DNA from: Candidatus Poribacteria bacterium
GTDB lineage: Bacteria; Poribacteria; WGA-4E; WGA-3G
Length of the DNA stretch: 64,000 nucleotides
Assembly (NCBI GenBank): GCA_963663765.2
Contig: CAXXUA010000004.1
Location: 32,001 to 96,000, forward strand
Direction: 5' to 3'
The position numbers were made by a program, and so were the translations under genes. The notes under the pieces are model-generated. The model was given only the letters and a program-made list of their open reading frames with translations, searched no databases and had not been told where the DNA came from. Shown here piece by piece: positions 40,201-48,941 of this stretch. Numbering within the stretch: position 1 is the first letter of the stretch; each line of letters starts with the position of its first letter.

Positions 40201-43200
40201 AAACCAGACTCTTGAAGCGTGATAGAGAATTCGTAAAGTTCTTGAGGACTTATCGGTGAGTTCATGAGATTGTTCATCACTTCCCGCAAGGTAATAGCAT
40301 CCCCAGTGTGAATTGCAAGTTGCAAGATCAGATCATTGTATTGGCGGCGGTTTCTTGGTTCTGACTCTGCAAGATCTTCAAGCATCGTTAGTGCTATTTT
40401 GTATTGACCACTTTGAATTGAGATATAGGCAATATTCAGTTTTAAAGTTAGGTCATCAGGAAAATCATTGTGTAACGTAGTGAGGATCTGTTGTGCTTTA
40501 TCACGTTTCTCATCCCACCAGTAGCAGTAGCTAAGAGCTAATCCAGGATAGACACGATCTCTACCGTTTGCAATATCCAATTCCTTTTGCAGTTTTTCGA
40601 AGAGTATCTCCTGTTTATTCCGTATCCATACCTCACGAAAAATTGATCTAAGATAGTTTAATCGTTCAATATTGAAGTATGCTGTTGGAACCGGGAAATT
40701 GGACTGTACAGGATTATAGTAGCCATAGTAAGAGTATGAAGATTGTGCAAGTGAAGCAACACGTCTGGGATTAATAGTATTGGGATTCGTTCTTTCTAAG
40801 AAAGTCCAGAATACATCTAATGCTTTTTCTGTTGCTTCTTGTTCTATGTAAGCGTCAGTGATTTCTTCAAAGATTAATCTATATTCCCTGTGCTGTTTTT
40901 GGGGTGGTGTAGGTAAATTCAGTAGTATTTGTTCTGCAATGTCTGTCCTTTTGCTTAATAGGAAAGCACCAACTAACTTGCTGCTTACAGAGAGATCTGT
41001 GTGATTTTCTTCTTCGATCTCTTCTAACAGTCTTGTTGCGTCTTCTTTTTTGTCTTCAGTGTATAGTATTGCGGCATATTCTGCAAAATATCGAGCACGT
41101 ACAGTTGGAACTAAACCGGGTATATCGTCAATTGCTTTCTTGACTGATGCATAATTAAGGTCATCCTTCAATAGTAGCTGCAAACGAAGTGGTTGATATG
41201 CCAAATCGTTGGGTGATATATCTATCAACTTATTTATTGCAGTTTCTGCTTTATCTTTTTGCTGTATCAATGTATAAAACCTTGCTAACGTCTCAAGTGC
41301 TTTTACATCTGTTGGATTTGCTTGAACAACATCCTCAAAATGTTGAATGAGTTCAGAAAGTTTTCCCAGTTGCTGAGCGATTGAAACTAAATGCACAAGT
41401 GCACCTACTTGTGCCTCTTCAAAGGTCTTCGGAATCCATTGCACATTTCCTCCAGCAAAAGTCGATCTACTCTGTATTTCACTGATAGTACCCTGAGAAA
41501 TCTCAAATTTGTTAAAGGTAATACCAGGGATGTAAGAATAGTTATAAATTTCACTATATCTTGTAGCTTGTTTTGTGGTGTTTTCTGCAGATTCGGACAT
41601 ATCCAGTATGCGGTGGAAGTATGTCTGCGCGCGATCCGGTTCATTCATGCCAACTAACAACACACCCAACCTGTAAAGAGGTAAATGTGCATCAGTACCC
41701 GATATCTTTTCAGATGCGCGTTCAAGTACAAAAAATGCTTCTTCCGACAATCCGTGCCGAAGTAATAGAGCAGCAAGCTTCACCTCTGCTTCAAGCGTTT
41801 GATTTTTTGCGTGTAGTAACTTCGTCCAAGCTTGAATTGCTTCCTGTTCTCGTCCAGCATCAAATAGTAATTCACCCAGTTTCTGTTGATGAGTTGGGTC
41901 TGGATCAACTTTGACAAGTCGCTGTTGGTAAGTTAGTGCATCTTGTATATCACCCAATTCAGAACTGATTTCAACTAATTTGAATAAGAGTTCCGGATTT
42001 TCACGTTGTTTGTTTAAACCTTGTGCTAATTGGAAACGTGCACTGGGTAGGTCACCTTCCATACGGTGAAGTTCAGCAAGTGCAAGTACTGGTGCAACCC
42101 AAGCAGTATTTGATTTTGCTAACTGCTTTAGTTTTTCCTCAAACTCACCTTGTCTACCAAGGTCATAATAGACTTCAGCAAGTGGTTTGACAAAAGTCAG
42201 TTTGTCGTGAATGTCTTCACTCAAGTTCCAACAACGCCAATATTGTGATAGTGCTTCCTGTAACTTACCAGAGAGTTTATAGACCTTTGCTAACTCTGTG
42301 CGTGTGTCAATCATTTCTGGGCGCAGCCGAATTGCTTGTTTCAAACTGTCTATAGCGGCATCATAATTCTTAGCTTGCTTTGCTATCTGTGCGAGAAGTT
42401 GGTGTCCTTCAGGATTACGCGGACTATTCGCGATAACCTGTTTTGCTGCTGTGGTAGCGGACTCGTAGTCTAATATATCTAAATAGGACTTTGCTATATT
42501 TGCGTGGTACTCTCGTGCGTTTGCACTGTCTATCTCAATTAGCTGCAAATATATAGAATTTGCATCGTCGCGTCTACCTTGCCTATTGTATACCTTAGCA
42601 AGCCATCGATTCACACCTACATCATTTGGTTTTAGTTTCTTTGCATTCAGTAGAACTTCTAAAGCATGGGTGATATTGCCCAACTTAAGATACATTTTTG
42701 CGATCTGTTTTTGGTATAAGAAATTTTGGTCAGAAGCTATTTCTGATTTATCAAGTTTAGTTTCCAGTTCTTCTATTTTTTCTTGTAGTGTACCTTGTCT
42801 TCGGTAGAGTTCTATCCTTTTGTCATCCATTTTTTCTGCAAAAAATGCATTGGGTGCAAGTTCCATTGCTGCCGTGTATTCAGTAAGAGCTGCATCGTAA
42901 TCTCCACTCTCAATAAGGTGTTTGGCTAAAGTTTCACGGTATTTATACTCATCTGGCATCAACTCAACTGCTTTTCGTATGGCAGCAACTGCTTCAGTAT
43001 TGAAATGCTTTGCTTTGAATAATTGTGCGAGTCTATCATAGTTCGCTCCAATTGCTCTTTTTCCCTCAACCATCTGATTCCAAGTCTCAAGTGCTTTCTC
43101 ACGGTTACCTTGTCGAAAGTAGAAATCTCCATAATACTCAATATAATCCAGATTGTTAGGCGCAAGTGAGATTGCCTTTTCATACTGAGCAACAGCATCA

Positions 43201-44477
43201 TCAATCCATTCATGGCCAGTGTAAATTTCAGCTAAAATGATATGTGTTGCCGGATTATTAGGAGAACGGTCAATCATTCTTTGATAGACGGTTGTTGCTT
43301 TATCTGGATTGCCAATCTGCAGATACAACTCTCCAAGTTCTCGGTAAATACCGAAATCATCAGGGGATTGTTCGCTGAGTACTTCGTATTCTGCTGCTGC
43401 ATCTTGAAACTTTTCAATGTTTCGGAGTGTGGCGATAAGATTAAGTCGCAGATTTGTATCAGTAGGTGCAAGATCAATGCCCTTTCTGTAAGTGCTGATA
43501 CCTTCATCAATCTGCTGGTTTTCTATATATGCAGCTGCCAGCAAACCGAACAGTTCAGGTTCATTTGGGGTTGCATCAAGTTTATCTTGATAGAATTTTA
43601 TGAGATCTTCCCAATTTCCATCTGCTGCAAAAATACCGATGATACGGTGTTGTAGGTCTTTACGTAGCCAATTTCCCGGTGCTGTCAACGACAAAGCAGT
43701 ATCAAAACTCTTTATTGCTGCCTGAAAGTCACCTTTCACTTCTTGTATGATACCTATTTCTCGGTGACTCAGACAGATCCTGTATATATCATCCTCTCTC
43801 AATTTAATTATTGCTTCATATTGTGAAATTGCCTGCGAAAAAAGTTCTTGTTCACGGAATAGGTCAGCAATATCAATACGTGCAAAAATGTCATCAGGAT
43901 CAAGTTCAGTAATCTTCTTCCATGCCTGAATTGCTTCATCTACCTTGTCACGCGCAAAATATGCATGTCCAAGTGCTTTATATATGTCTGTTAACTCTTC
44001 TGGAGCAACATTTTGTGCCTGTTCAGATAATTTTGATGCAGTTGTTAATGCTTTGATCGCGTCTTCATGCTGACGCAATGTAGCATAGAACTTACCCAAA
44101 GCAAAATGTGGATAGTAATTTTCTGGTTTGAGTTCAACAGCACGTTGGTATACTTTAACTGCTTGGGTGTCCTTACCAAGACGTTTATATATGTGTCCTA
44201 AAATGAGTTGGAGGTTTGAGTCGTCAGGTTTTTCATTTGCTTCTGTCAGATAATCGTTTAGCATTGCATCTAATCCTGCACCTTCAAGGTAAAACTGATA
44301 GACGCGATCAAAAGTACTTCCATCTTTGGGTTTTTGATATAATATCTGTTTATAACGTTCAATGATTTTCTCATCACTGGTAACATCTTGTGCTATAGAT
44401 ATTGTATTCGCTGTGAGCATTAGGACAATAAGAAACATAAAACTATAGATAACTGATCTTTTTTCTCGTTCAAGCAT
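34284..44477 (-). CDS. Giant secreted TPR-repeat protein with LamG domain and two C-terminal carbohydrate-binding-like domains (3397 aa)
   Basis: Signal peptide; dozens of TPR motifs; LamG WTHIAGV...FVGQIDEVRIWN; duplicated W..LGPFDNT...DDQ..WLNGE domain. Confidence 0.88.
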   Translation of the reverse strand: MLEREKRSVIYSFMFLIVLMLTANTISIAQDVTSDEKIIERYKQILYQKPKDGSTFDRVYQFYLEGAGLDAMLNDYLTEANEKPDDSNLQLILGHIYKRLGKDTQAVKVYQRAVELKPENYYPHFALGKFYATLRQHEDAIKALTTASKLSEQAQNVAPEELTDIYKALGHAYFARDKVDEAIQAWKKITELDPDDIFARIDIADLFREQELFSQAISQYEAIIKLREDDIYRICLSHREIGIIQEVKGDFQAAIKSFDTALSLTAPGNWLRKDLQHRIIGIFAADGNWEDLIKFYQDKLDATPNEPELFGLLAAAYIENQQIDEGISTYRKGIDLAPTDTNLRLNLIATLRNIEKFQDAAAEYEVLSEQSPDDFGIYRELGELYLQIGNPDKATTVYQRMIDRSPNNPATHIILAEIYTGHEWIDDAVAQYEKAISLAPNNLDYIEYYGDFYFRQGNREKALETWNQMVEGKRAIGANYDRLAQLFKAKHFNTEAVAAIRKAVELMPDEYKYRETLAKHLIESGDYDAALTEYTAAMELAPNAFFAEKMDDKRIELYRRQGTLQEKIEELETKLDKSEIASDQNFLYQKQIAKMYLKLGNITHALEVLLNAKKLKPNDVGVNRWLAKVYNRQGRRDDANSIYLQLIEIDSANAREYHANIAKSYLDILDYESATTAAKQVIANSPRNPEGHQLLAQIAKQAKNYDAAIDSLKQAIRLRPEMIDTRTELAKVYKLSGKLQEALSQYWRCWNLSEDIHDKLTFVKPLAEVYYDLGRQGEFEEKLKQLAKSNTAWVAPVLALAELHRMEGDLPSARFQLAQGLNKQRENPELLFKLVEISSELGDIQDALTYQQRLVKVDPDPTHQQKLGELLFDAGREQEAIQAWTKLLHAKNQTLEAEVKLAALLLRHGLSEEAFFVLERASEKISGTDAHLPLYRLGVLLVGMNEPDRAQTYFHRILDMSESAENTTKQATRYSEIYNYSYIPGITFNKFEISQGTISEIQSRSTFAGGNVQWIPKTFEEAQVGALVHLVSIAQQLGKLSELIQHFEDVVQANPTDVKALETLARFYTLIQQKDKAETAINKLIDISPNDLAYQPLRLQLLLKDDLNYASVKKAIDDIPGLVPTVRARYFAEYAAILYTEDKKEDATRLLEEIEEENHTDLSVSSKLVGAFLLSKRTDIAEQILLNLPTPPQKQHREYRLIFEEITDAYIEQEATEKALDVFWTFLERTNPNTINPRRVASLAQSSYSYYGYYNPVQSNFPVPTAYFNIERLNYLRSIFREVWIRNKQEILFEKLQKELDIANGRDRVYPGLALSYCYWWDEKRDKAQQILTTLHNDFPDDLTLKLNIAYISIQSGQYKIALTMLEDLAESEPRNRRQYNDLILQLAIHTGDAITLREVMNNLMNSPISPQELYEFSITLQESGFTQFAIATAKKAMTLAMTQRNPNFLLDLGDHLADLGRGQDAAILAERALRFANSPDQYGRMMSTWSFQQANSLVGTVKERKNRETKIIEDAQNNPTSFNAQLKLAMFYEGTNKIQKASEAFKSVLNLRPKEINIRLRYVQMLERSGKAKDAIPHYKVLLKSDSSILGYNYENAIDAFVHSDKLDELIALTKEIIQPVGRYYGDEFTIAVARRCLAEKRTKESIELFEKILEVQPNRNYQYQELATIYAKNDEPEKAIQYLTEMFEQDKTGMTQSSFEIKISEFHETASGPDKAIQYMREKIENNDISDINVTYIQRLSNLYKKKDELEQLITEYETILNDDPSNATLLYIVARMKLMAEDIDGASIHVNQLIENHHSSVNTQWLYNLANASDGHDLQTQILEAAARKLKQENSWSVVSCYNRLGEAYAANGELEKAQTAFRKMGNFQLMRNNNTDIYERRRLASTYMKYQMWDDAETILAGIINDLSADWWDRDNAQRMYIDTIQKRGDLSSRKQMVEQTQTMSIHMQRAIATELVGLGQVARAISIYERIAKSTPEDFESRSELARLYTRLNLHEKASNTWTSLLDSDPENTKFQDGLVNSHVSAGKIKEAYELCQEYIQSEPESSVHYVRLAKLYIDEDKVDEAISNYEKALEYAAGNRQIHLNMADLYLRKDNMEAAENAYKKAIQFTTSQWDRENTEANLINLYRYQGKLEEMLQKAEDEGTITAVMQREQAQIYEKKGDLHKSVDAFKKALDLTTDSYDRERITSELLDVYVKLDDTDSVFEIFDNNIASGSPYRSSNSSNATMTYKSKEEQAREELVSSYNSAGKLDKLRILYENKLNDEPENTDFLELLAEIYLGGQNYKAAAEVYQKLIKLQPENITNFYAAGNAFTNSGQQGLAQEMFREAEKVFENNKINDMWFLGSLASISFEHKQFESAIKYAKYAIDKSSSYSSSSIVDILSELLAKCYKETEQHEEAVNIYQQLANSARNSSTRSRAKTAMTELAKTTKLYEKWIPKYLEKIKRNPNDANTRQTLAETYESTEQTALAVEQYEKISELQLYNPQWQKKLGDLYQKLPTEKRKTVKVIEDTALTLSGNRDFVEIHDSEVLDSLTEQVTLSLWMNPTGFSNNYIPIIFRGDEWDPGFKLRSYVLQLINDGGIQFASSPQDVHDIPIYAPAGTIKLNTWTHIAGVIDAKNNYIKLFINGNEVSHNNYNGQKSIHKSTLPLRIGWTHENKHPLHGSFVGQIDEVRIWNIARTQKQIRVDMDTPLNGDEDGLVGYWKFDVEKDEQILDTTPNNNHGKLIGDAKLESYERPIFETINSDVLTKAISAYQKAIELEPTTYQNYDLLAKTYMKMDQMSDAETVYRQALDAPLSQSSHDSAITALVGIFADEQHKEKRLAILEEIQPKMLKSAVLHDLLGNIYNELGDTEKAEQAFTQWLKIRQKQVYNSDYEYYYRTFAEELLEKGLFPKTAHTFAKRAVQTFTGTSYYYPAVLAETCVANQLYDDAIKYYKLAFSIVSNEYSYERIWDRIIDSSKYADDKKRFEQMLDEVLDTFTDESSTSRANGYRKIAHYYSNKGKKANAIEYTMKAGLVPETNWITLGPFDNTDAYGVQNAYIKEETTQIDPSAQYYGKGELISWKKSTYRSLDGHYVFTGDTESSSSYVWAVVVSPDDRDIVIKFDSDDQGAIWLNGEYVFNHDRTGAARIDRYTINTTLNQGENTILVKICNGSSDYDFYFRITDVDGIPYDDLHYKSADALLNTPPPPEPTFHVNVNLGWAEYYEKNDMHDKAIEQIRQTGIIHEEQWLVLGPFDNTASIGYDTAYIPEDITQIDRSAEYVGIDGKVSWQKHSDDAFNGLIDFGRNEDWRVSYAWTTVTSPVEREVQLRIGTDDQAKVWLNGEQVYTFETGRWVVVDKDIVPVTLKAGKNTILIKVCNEQLTWGFYMRFTDENGKPFDDLQYIDVSDDQ

Positions 44478-44535
44478 TCAGAAGTCTCCATGTAAGAAAA
44501 GATGATAGGATGAATCGGACTCATTTATGTGGTCT

Positions 44536-45504
44536 TTATATTTCAGATGGACGAACTATGTCCGGATTTATACCGTAGTATTTTATAAGGTCTTGAAATG
44601 GATCATAAAAATAGTCTTTGACATTTGGAGAAAATACAATAGTTTTGAGTAATGCCTGTAAGTCATTTTCCAGTGAAATTCCTTTTTTCGGTATGTCTTT
44701 CATTAGATTGGTATCATATCTACTAAAGAATGGGACATCTTCCCTTGACAGTAGATCACTATAATAAGGTATTTTCTTAGATGTGTAGATAACGCCATGC
44801 AGATATTCTTCACAAATAGTTTCAAATGAAATGATTGCTCTAACCTCATTTTCTTCTTGATATATATTTCTTTTATGCAAAATTGGAGCGTAAAATAGTT
44901 TGAATAGGTTATCAGGATTATTTAAGTCTATTGATGGAAAATCTTCATATCCTTCAATATCTTCTTTTTCATAGTCCTTATATTTTATCTCACCTATATG
45001 GAATTGATAATTGGTAGATGCAAAACTTTTGATTAGATCGCCAATTGTCGTTTGAATGGCAATGGCTGTAGGACTACTATTTTCCCCATATCCCGCCCAC
45101 ATTGTATGGCTTTCATTTTCTTTTAGAAACCAGCTATTACAAAACATGAGATGGTTTGAAAAAAGTTGTAATAATGTTTCAAATGAGTGAAGAGTATTTA
45201 ATAATTCTTTTACTCTGTGTTCTGTGTGAAATTCTTCAGCATCCTCTATAAATCTTTTCATTCTTCGGAATGCTTCATCTTGTTTTATTGGTGTGTTTTC
45301 TTCATTTAATAAGTCTGTCTTATAGACTTCTTCTTTAGATTTTTCAGATAGTGTTCCCTCCTTTTTATCACTAAATATGGAGATGTTAGGAAAATAAAGT
45401 GAATTATTTTTGAGCATTGCCATAAATTTTTCTATTGACATGTACCTCCATATTTTTTTGTGTGCGCATGGGGTGTCAAAATGCGGACTATTTTGATAAG
45501 GCAT
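44536..45504 (-). CDS. DUF2971-like hypothetical protein
   Basis: IWRYMS..KF, LYF....F.D..EG, CNSW....ES..MW..Y, KR..Y..ENEVR motifs. Confidence 0.65.
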   Translation of the reverse strand: MPYQNSPHFDTPCAHKKIWRYMSIEKFMAMLKNNSLYFPNISIFSDKKEGTLSEKSKEEVYKTDLLNEENTPIKQDEAFRRMKRFIEDAEEFHTEHRVKELLNTLHSFETLLQLFSNHLMFCNSWFLKENESHTMWAGYGENSSPTAIAIQTTIGDLIKSFASTNYQFHIGEIKYKDYEKEDIEGYEDFPSIDLNNPDNLFKLFYAPILHKRNIYQEENEVRAIISFETICEEYLHGVIYTSKKIPYYSDLLSREDVPFFSRYDTNLMKDIPKKGISLENDLQALLKTIVFSPNVKDYFYDPFQDLIKYYGINPDIVRPSEI

Positions 45505-45574
45505 TTGTATATTTGGCTGGTTAGTATAATCCTTTTCGAACTTTTTGCTTAATTCGTAATTTGCGTTTTAACGT

Positions 45575-45913
45575 CTAAATTTGATCATTAAGCAGTGGTC
45601 TAAGATGTGTAATCAATCGATTTTCTATATCAAAACGTGATTCTGAAGGTAGAGGCACATAAACAGCGATAGCATTCATACCTAGCTTGAGAGCTTCCTC
45701 CCATTTTTCATGACCTGGGTTCAATCGTGTCCTAAAACCCTCGGTCTGTCCAATATATAAAAATTGATGTTGATTCTTACCACCGGCATCAGGTATGCCT
45801 TTTGAAAAAATATAGACACCGGATGCATTGTAGATAGGTCCCTCTAAATCATATACTACAAATGGGTATGAATCATTGTCTGTATTGACAGTCATTGGTC
45901 CTATCCTTGCCAT
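45575..45913 (-). CDS. Small GIY-YIG nuclease-like protein
   Basis: GVYIF...LYIGQT...RL..H...E..LI...P.LN; AAGGAG RBS. Confidence 0.7.
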   Translation of the reverse strand: MARIGPMTVNTDNDSYPFVVYDLEGPIYNASGVYIFSKGIPDAGGKNQHQFLYIGQTEGFRTRLNPGHEKWEEALKLGMNAIAVYVPLPSESRFDIENRLITHLRPLLNDQI

Positions 45914-45946
45914 TTTTTATCTCCTTAAGGTTTAATTGTTTTAGGA

Positions 45947-46069
45947 CAGGACTTACGCAGTTTTCTTGATTTAATCAAAAATTATGATGAAAATGATGCC
46001 ATTATCAGCGTTTTTATGGGTTTCCGGCGCGCTTACAAAGCACGCCTACCGTTGTGTGCGTAAGTCCTG
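45947..46069. mobile_element. 123-bp MITE, TIR CAGGACTTACGCA, 5-bp TSD TAGGA
   Basis: Perfect TIRs and TSD; near-identical to 23260-23382. Confidence 0.9.
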
Positions 46070-46125
46070 TAGGAATCAAAGCATTTAACAATCCTTTAAT
46101 CTCACGGATTCGTTGAAGGGTCTAT

Positions 46126-46953
46126 TTAGGTAGCAGCAAGAACATTATCCATGATCTCTTGCCATCTACCCTCATATTTTTCACCGAATTCTTTTTCACC
46201 ACCAGTGGCTAATGGTCCAGTAATCATAGGCTTTGATGCGTTGTTTCGTTCCCAAAGTTGCTTCCCACCGAAGTCGTTATGTATAAAGTGCAAAGCAATC
46301 CCTGCTCGTTCCTTATCAGACAAATTCGATCTGGTGCAGTGGGCAACACCATAACAAAAGAAGAGCACGCCACCAGCCTTTAATTCAATCGGTACAGCAC
46401 GTTCTTCAGGTGGATCACAGCGAATATGGTGGTCGCTCAAGGGGTCACGGTAGTGTTCATAACTTTCACGGTGACTACCGGGGATAACATGCATACAGCC
46501 GTTTTCAACTTTTGCATCGTGGATCGCAACCCACATAGCACATCCACGCAATGGGTCCGAAATTTTAAAGTAAGCGTTATCCTGATGCCAACTAGTACCG
46601 ATACCGATTTTCGGTGGTTTCCAAAACGCTTGATCCAATTGTAACATGAATCCATCACCGATAAGTTGCTTGACAGTGGAAACAACGTTGGGATGAAAAG
46701 GTAAAACTTTGTGTAAATCACTGCGGTTATTTAGCGGAATGACCTGCAAGTTTTGTCGTTCACCTTCGTTGTCACGTTTTGTGCCATCTTCCTGCACAGC
46801 ACAATTGATGCCAGTACCTTTCTCCAATTCAGTATTGTATATCCGCTCCAATTCAAGACGAAGTGCTTTTGCTTCAACTGACGAGAAAAAATCATCAATT
46901 GCTAAATACCCATTTTCTCTAAATTCAGCAAGTTGTTTTTCTGTTAATTGCAT
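46126..46953 (-). CDS. Phytanoyl-CoA dioxygenase (PhyH) family protein
   Basis: WHQD (HxD), NGCMHVIPGSH, AHCTRSN, R motifs. Confidence 0.9.
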   Translation of the reverse strand: MQLTEKQLAEFRENGYLAIDDFFSSVEAKALRLELERIYNTELEKGTGINCAVQEDGTKRDNEGERQNLQVIPLNNRSDLHKVLPFHPNVVSTVKQLIGDGFMLQLDQAFWKPPKIGIGTSWHQDNAYFKISDPLRGCAMWVAIHDAKVENGCMHVIPGSHRESYEHYRDPLSDHHIRCDPPEERAVPIELKAGGVLFFCYGVAHCTRSNLSDKERAGIALHFIHNDFGGKQLWERNNASKPMITGPLATGGEKEFGEKYEGRWQEIMDNVLAAT

Positions 46954-46994
46954 ATCAATGTGTTTATCCTATTTAAATATGATTGGTAAGTGCT

Positions 46995-47170
46995 CTGACA
47001 TACTCCCCAAGCTAAAGCATGGGTGTTCTCAGTTCTTATATTGGAAACGGTTTGAGTTGTTTCCAAACGACTTTTCCTGCTTCCGTGTCTCGTGCCCTTT
47101 CCTGAACAGCGTTGGGTCTTATTTGCACTCCACAAGCGTGACTTTCGGTGTGCCCCACCGTAGTTGGTTT
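46995..47170 (-). ncRNA. Predicted omega/reRNA scaffold overlapping the tnpB 3' end
   Basis: Established TnpB biology plus sequence conservation with 21418-21560 beyond the catalytic region; 5' boundary approximate. Confidence 0.5.
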
Positions 47171-48226
47171 CAAGTTTATGGCAGCGTTGACATCTCTATC
47201 TATAGACATATCACATTGACTGCAGTGATACATTCTTTCTGAAAGTGTAAGGTCTTTCTTTTTGTGTCCACAACCGGAACAGGTTTTACTACTTGCAAAG
47301 AACTGATCTGCTTCTTTGACAGGTATACCGCGCACTTCCGCTTTTGTCTTGAGTTTTAGCAGGAAACCGCCTAATGCTGAATCTGACAATACTTTTGCGA
47401 GGTTTCTGTTCTTCAGCATATTAGTAACCTTGAGTGTCTCAATACCGATCGCAGCGGCACGGTTGACAATCTCTGTAGTTGCTTTGTGATGTGCGTCGTT
47501 TCGGATACAAGCGATACGATAGTGGATACGTTGTAACTCGTGTTTCTGCTTGAACCAGTTTTTAGACTTGAAAACACGACGGCTCAACTTGCGTTGTTCT
47601 CTCTTTAGCTTCCGCTCATAACGTTTTAGCGGTCGGGGATTATCATATTTCGTGCCATTACTCAAGGTGGCAAGTGTGTTGATGCCTACATCTACACCAA
47701 TCACAGGGTGCGTTGAATTATCAACTGCTTCGGTGTCCTCTGTTTCTACGGTGATAGATACAAACCAACGATGTGCTGTCCTTGAGATCGTCACTTTCAT
47801 AATCTTACCCACAAAACGCAATGATTCAAACATTCTAATCCAACCAATCTTAGGAAGTTTGATACGCTTGCCTTCAACTTCCACAGATTGATTATTTGTG
47901 GTGAATGCATCCTTTTTACCACGCTTCTTGAACTTCGGAAACTTTGCACGTTTACCAACCCAATTCGCAAGCGCAGCCGATAAGTTGCCAAATATGCTTT
48001 TGTTGGCTACAACCTGATCCATATCTTTTGTCCAAGCATGTTCTTTCTTAGCAACATTAAACCGCTTGTTTAACTTAGCAGCTGATAAGAACTCATCATT
48101 TGCCAATGCAGACTTGAAATCTGCTAATGCATGATTATATGCAAATCTCGCATAGCCACACTGTTGTGCAAACCAATTGCGTTGATTGTAATTTGGATTC
48201 AATGCAATCTTATGTGTTTTTAGCAT
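47036..48226 (-). CDS. tnpB: TnpB RNA-guided endonuclease
   Basis: HTH N-terminus, RuvC D (IGVDVG), E (IETL), D (DRDVNAAINL), Zn finger CSGC..CSQC. Confidence 0.93.
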   Translation of the reverse strand: MLKTHKIALNPNYNQRNWFAQQCGYARFAYNHALADFKSALANDEFLSAAKLNKRFNVAKKEHAWTKDMDQVVANKSIFGNLSAALANWVGKRAKFPKFKKRGKKDAFTTNNQSVEVEGKRIKLPKIGWIRMFESLRFVGKIMKVTISRTAHRWFVSITVETEDTEAVDNSTHPVIGVDVGINTLATLSNGTKYDNPRPLKRYERKLKREQRKLSRRVFKSKNWFKQKHELQRIHYRIACIRNDAHHKATTEIVNRAAAIGIETLKVTNMLKNRNLAKVLSDSALGGFLLKLKTKAEVRGIPVKEADQFFASSKTCSGCGHKKKDLTLSERMYHCSQCDMSIDRDVNAAINLKPTTVGHTESHACGVQIRPNAVQERARDTEAGKVVWKQLKPFPI

Positions 48227-48253
48227 GATGATATTCCAGTCCTATGAAGATGT

Positions 48254-48305
48254 CAGTTCCCTCTACTAAAGCTGTGTAGGTGTTAGTAGCACCTACACTG
48301 AACTG
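48254..48305 (-). promoter_or_regulatory. Structured 5' leader of tnpB copy 2 (three-way junction with loop-loop pairing)
   Basis: CAGTTC/GAACTG stem, GTGTAGGTG/CACCTACAC stem with loop CTACTAA complementary to downstream TTAGTAG; lies after a TTGATT-N17-GATACT promoter (48314-48342). Confidence 0.65.
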
Positions 48306-48941
48306 CTATAATGAGTATCTCATGTTTTAAACCAAAAATCAAGTGTTTTCTTGACACAAGCACTTAGCACGACTACATCCCACTACCTAAAGGTAGGGGT
48401 TTTGTCGTGATTCTTGATAAAAAGCAAATTGTGAAGACGTAAACAAACACACCATCAACAGTGAGTGGTATCAGATGTGTAAAATAATTGTATCACATCT
48501 CAAAACTGTTTGCTATATATATTTTTTGATACGGGTGTGTAAAGTGTTTATACAAAACAAAATTTTAGTGTGTCTTTGGATTTTTTACAAATGTTCTATC
48601 CATAATCTTTCCACATCCTAAATATACAACAGGAACATTCTATTCTCCAGTAGTACTTTTTCCCTACTAATTTGACTGGCTAAATGTTTCATAGCATTGC
48701 CTAATGTTCCAGAATTACAGAAAAAAGACAAGAATATAATCGACAGAATTGTTTGCTCTTCAAACAAATTAATTTTTCTCATTTTTTATTTGACAATAAA
48801 ATTAAAACAATGTAAATTAGCCATAATAAGTAACTAAACAAGCCGATTATCGTTAATTATAATTATCGTCTTAACATGGCATTTTATTTTTGTATTTTAA
48901 ATGTCTATGACAATTCAATTTTGTTGGAGATAAATTAATAT

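Larger units (their letters stand above)
46995..48416 (-). mobile_element. tnpB-only IS200/IS605 (IS1341-like) element, apparently intact
   Basis: Left end after (T)TTAT with hairpin CACGAC...CCTTTAGG...GTCGTG; right-end hairpin CCCATGCTTTAGCTTGGGGAGTATGTCA; no TSD and no tnpA. Confidence 0.8.

Noticed and set aside
48420-48941. Hidden ncRNA or riboswitch in the long AT-rich intergenic region
   Set aside because: Only promoter-like AT-rich sequence and a solo MITE end (~48533) are visible; no convincing conserved structure.
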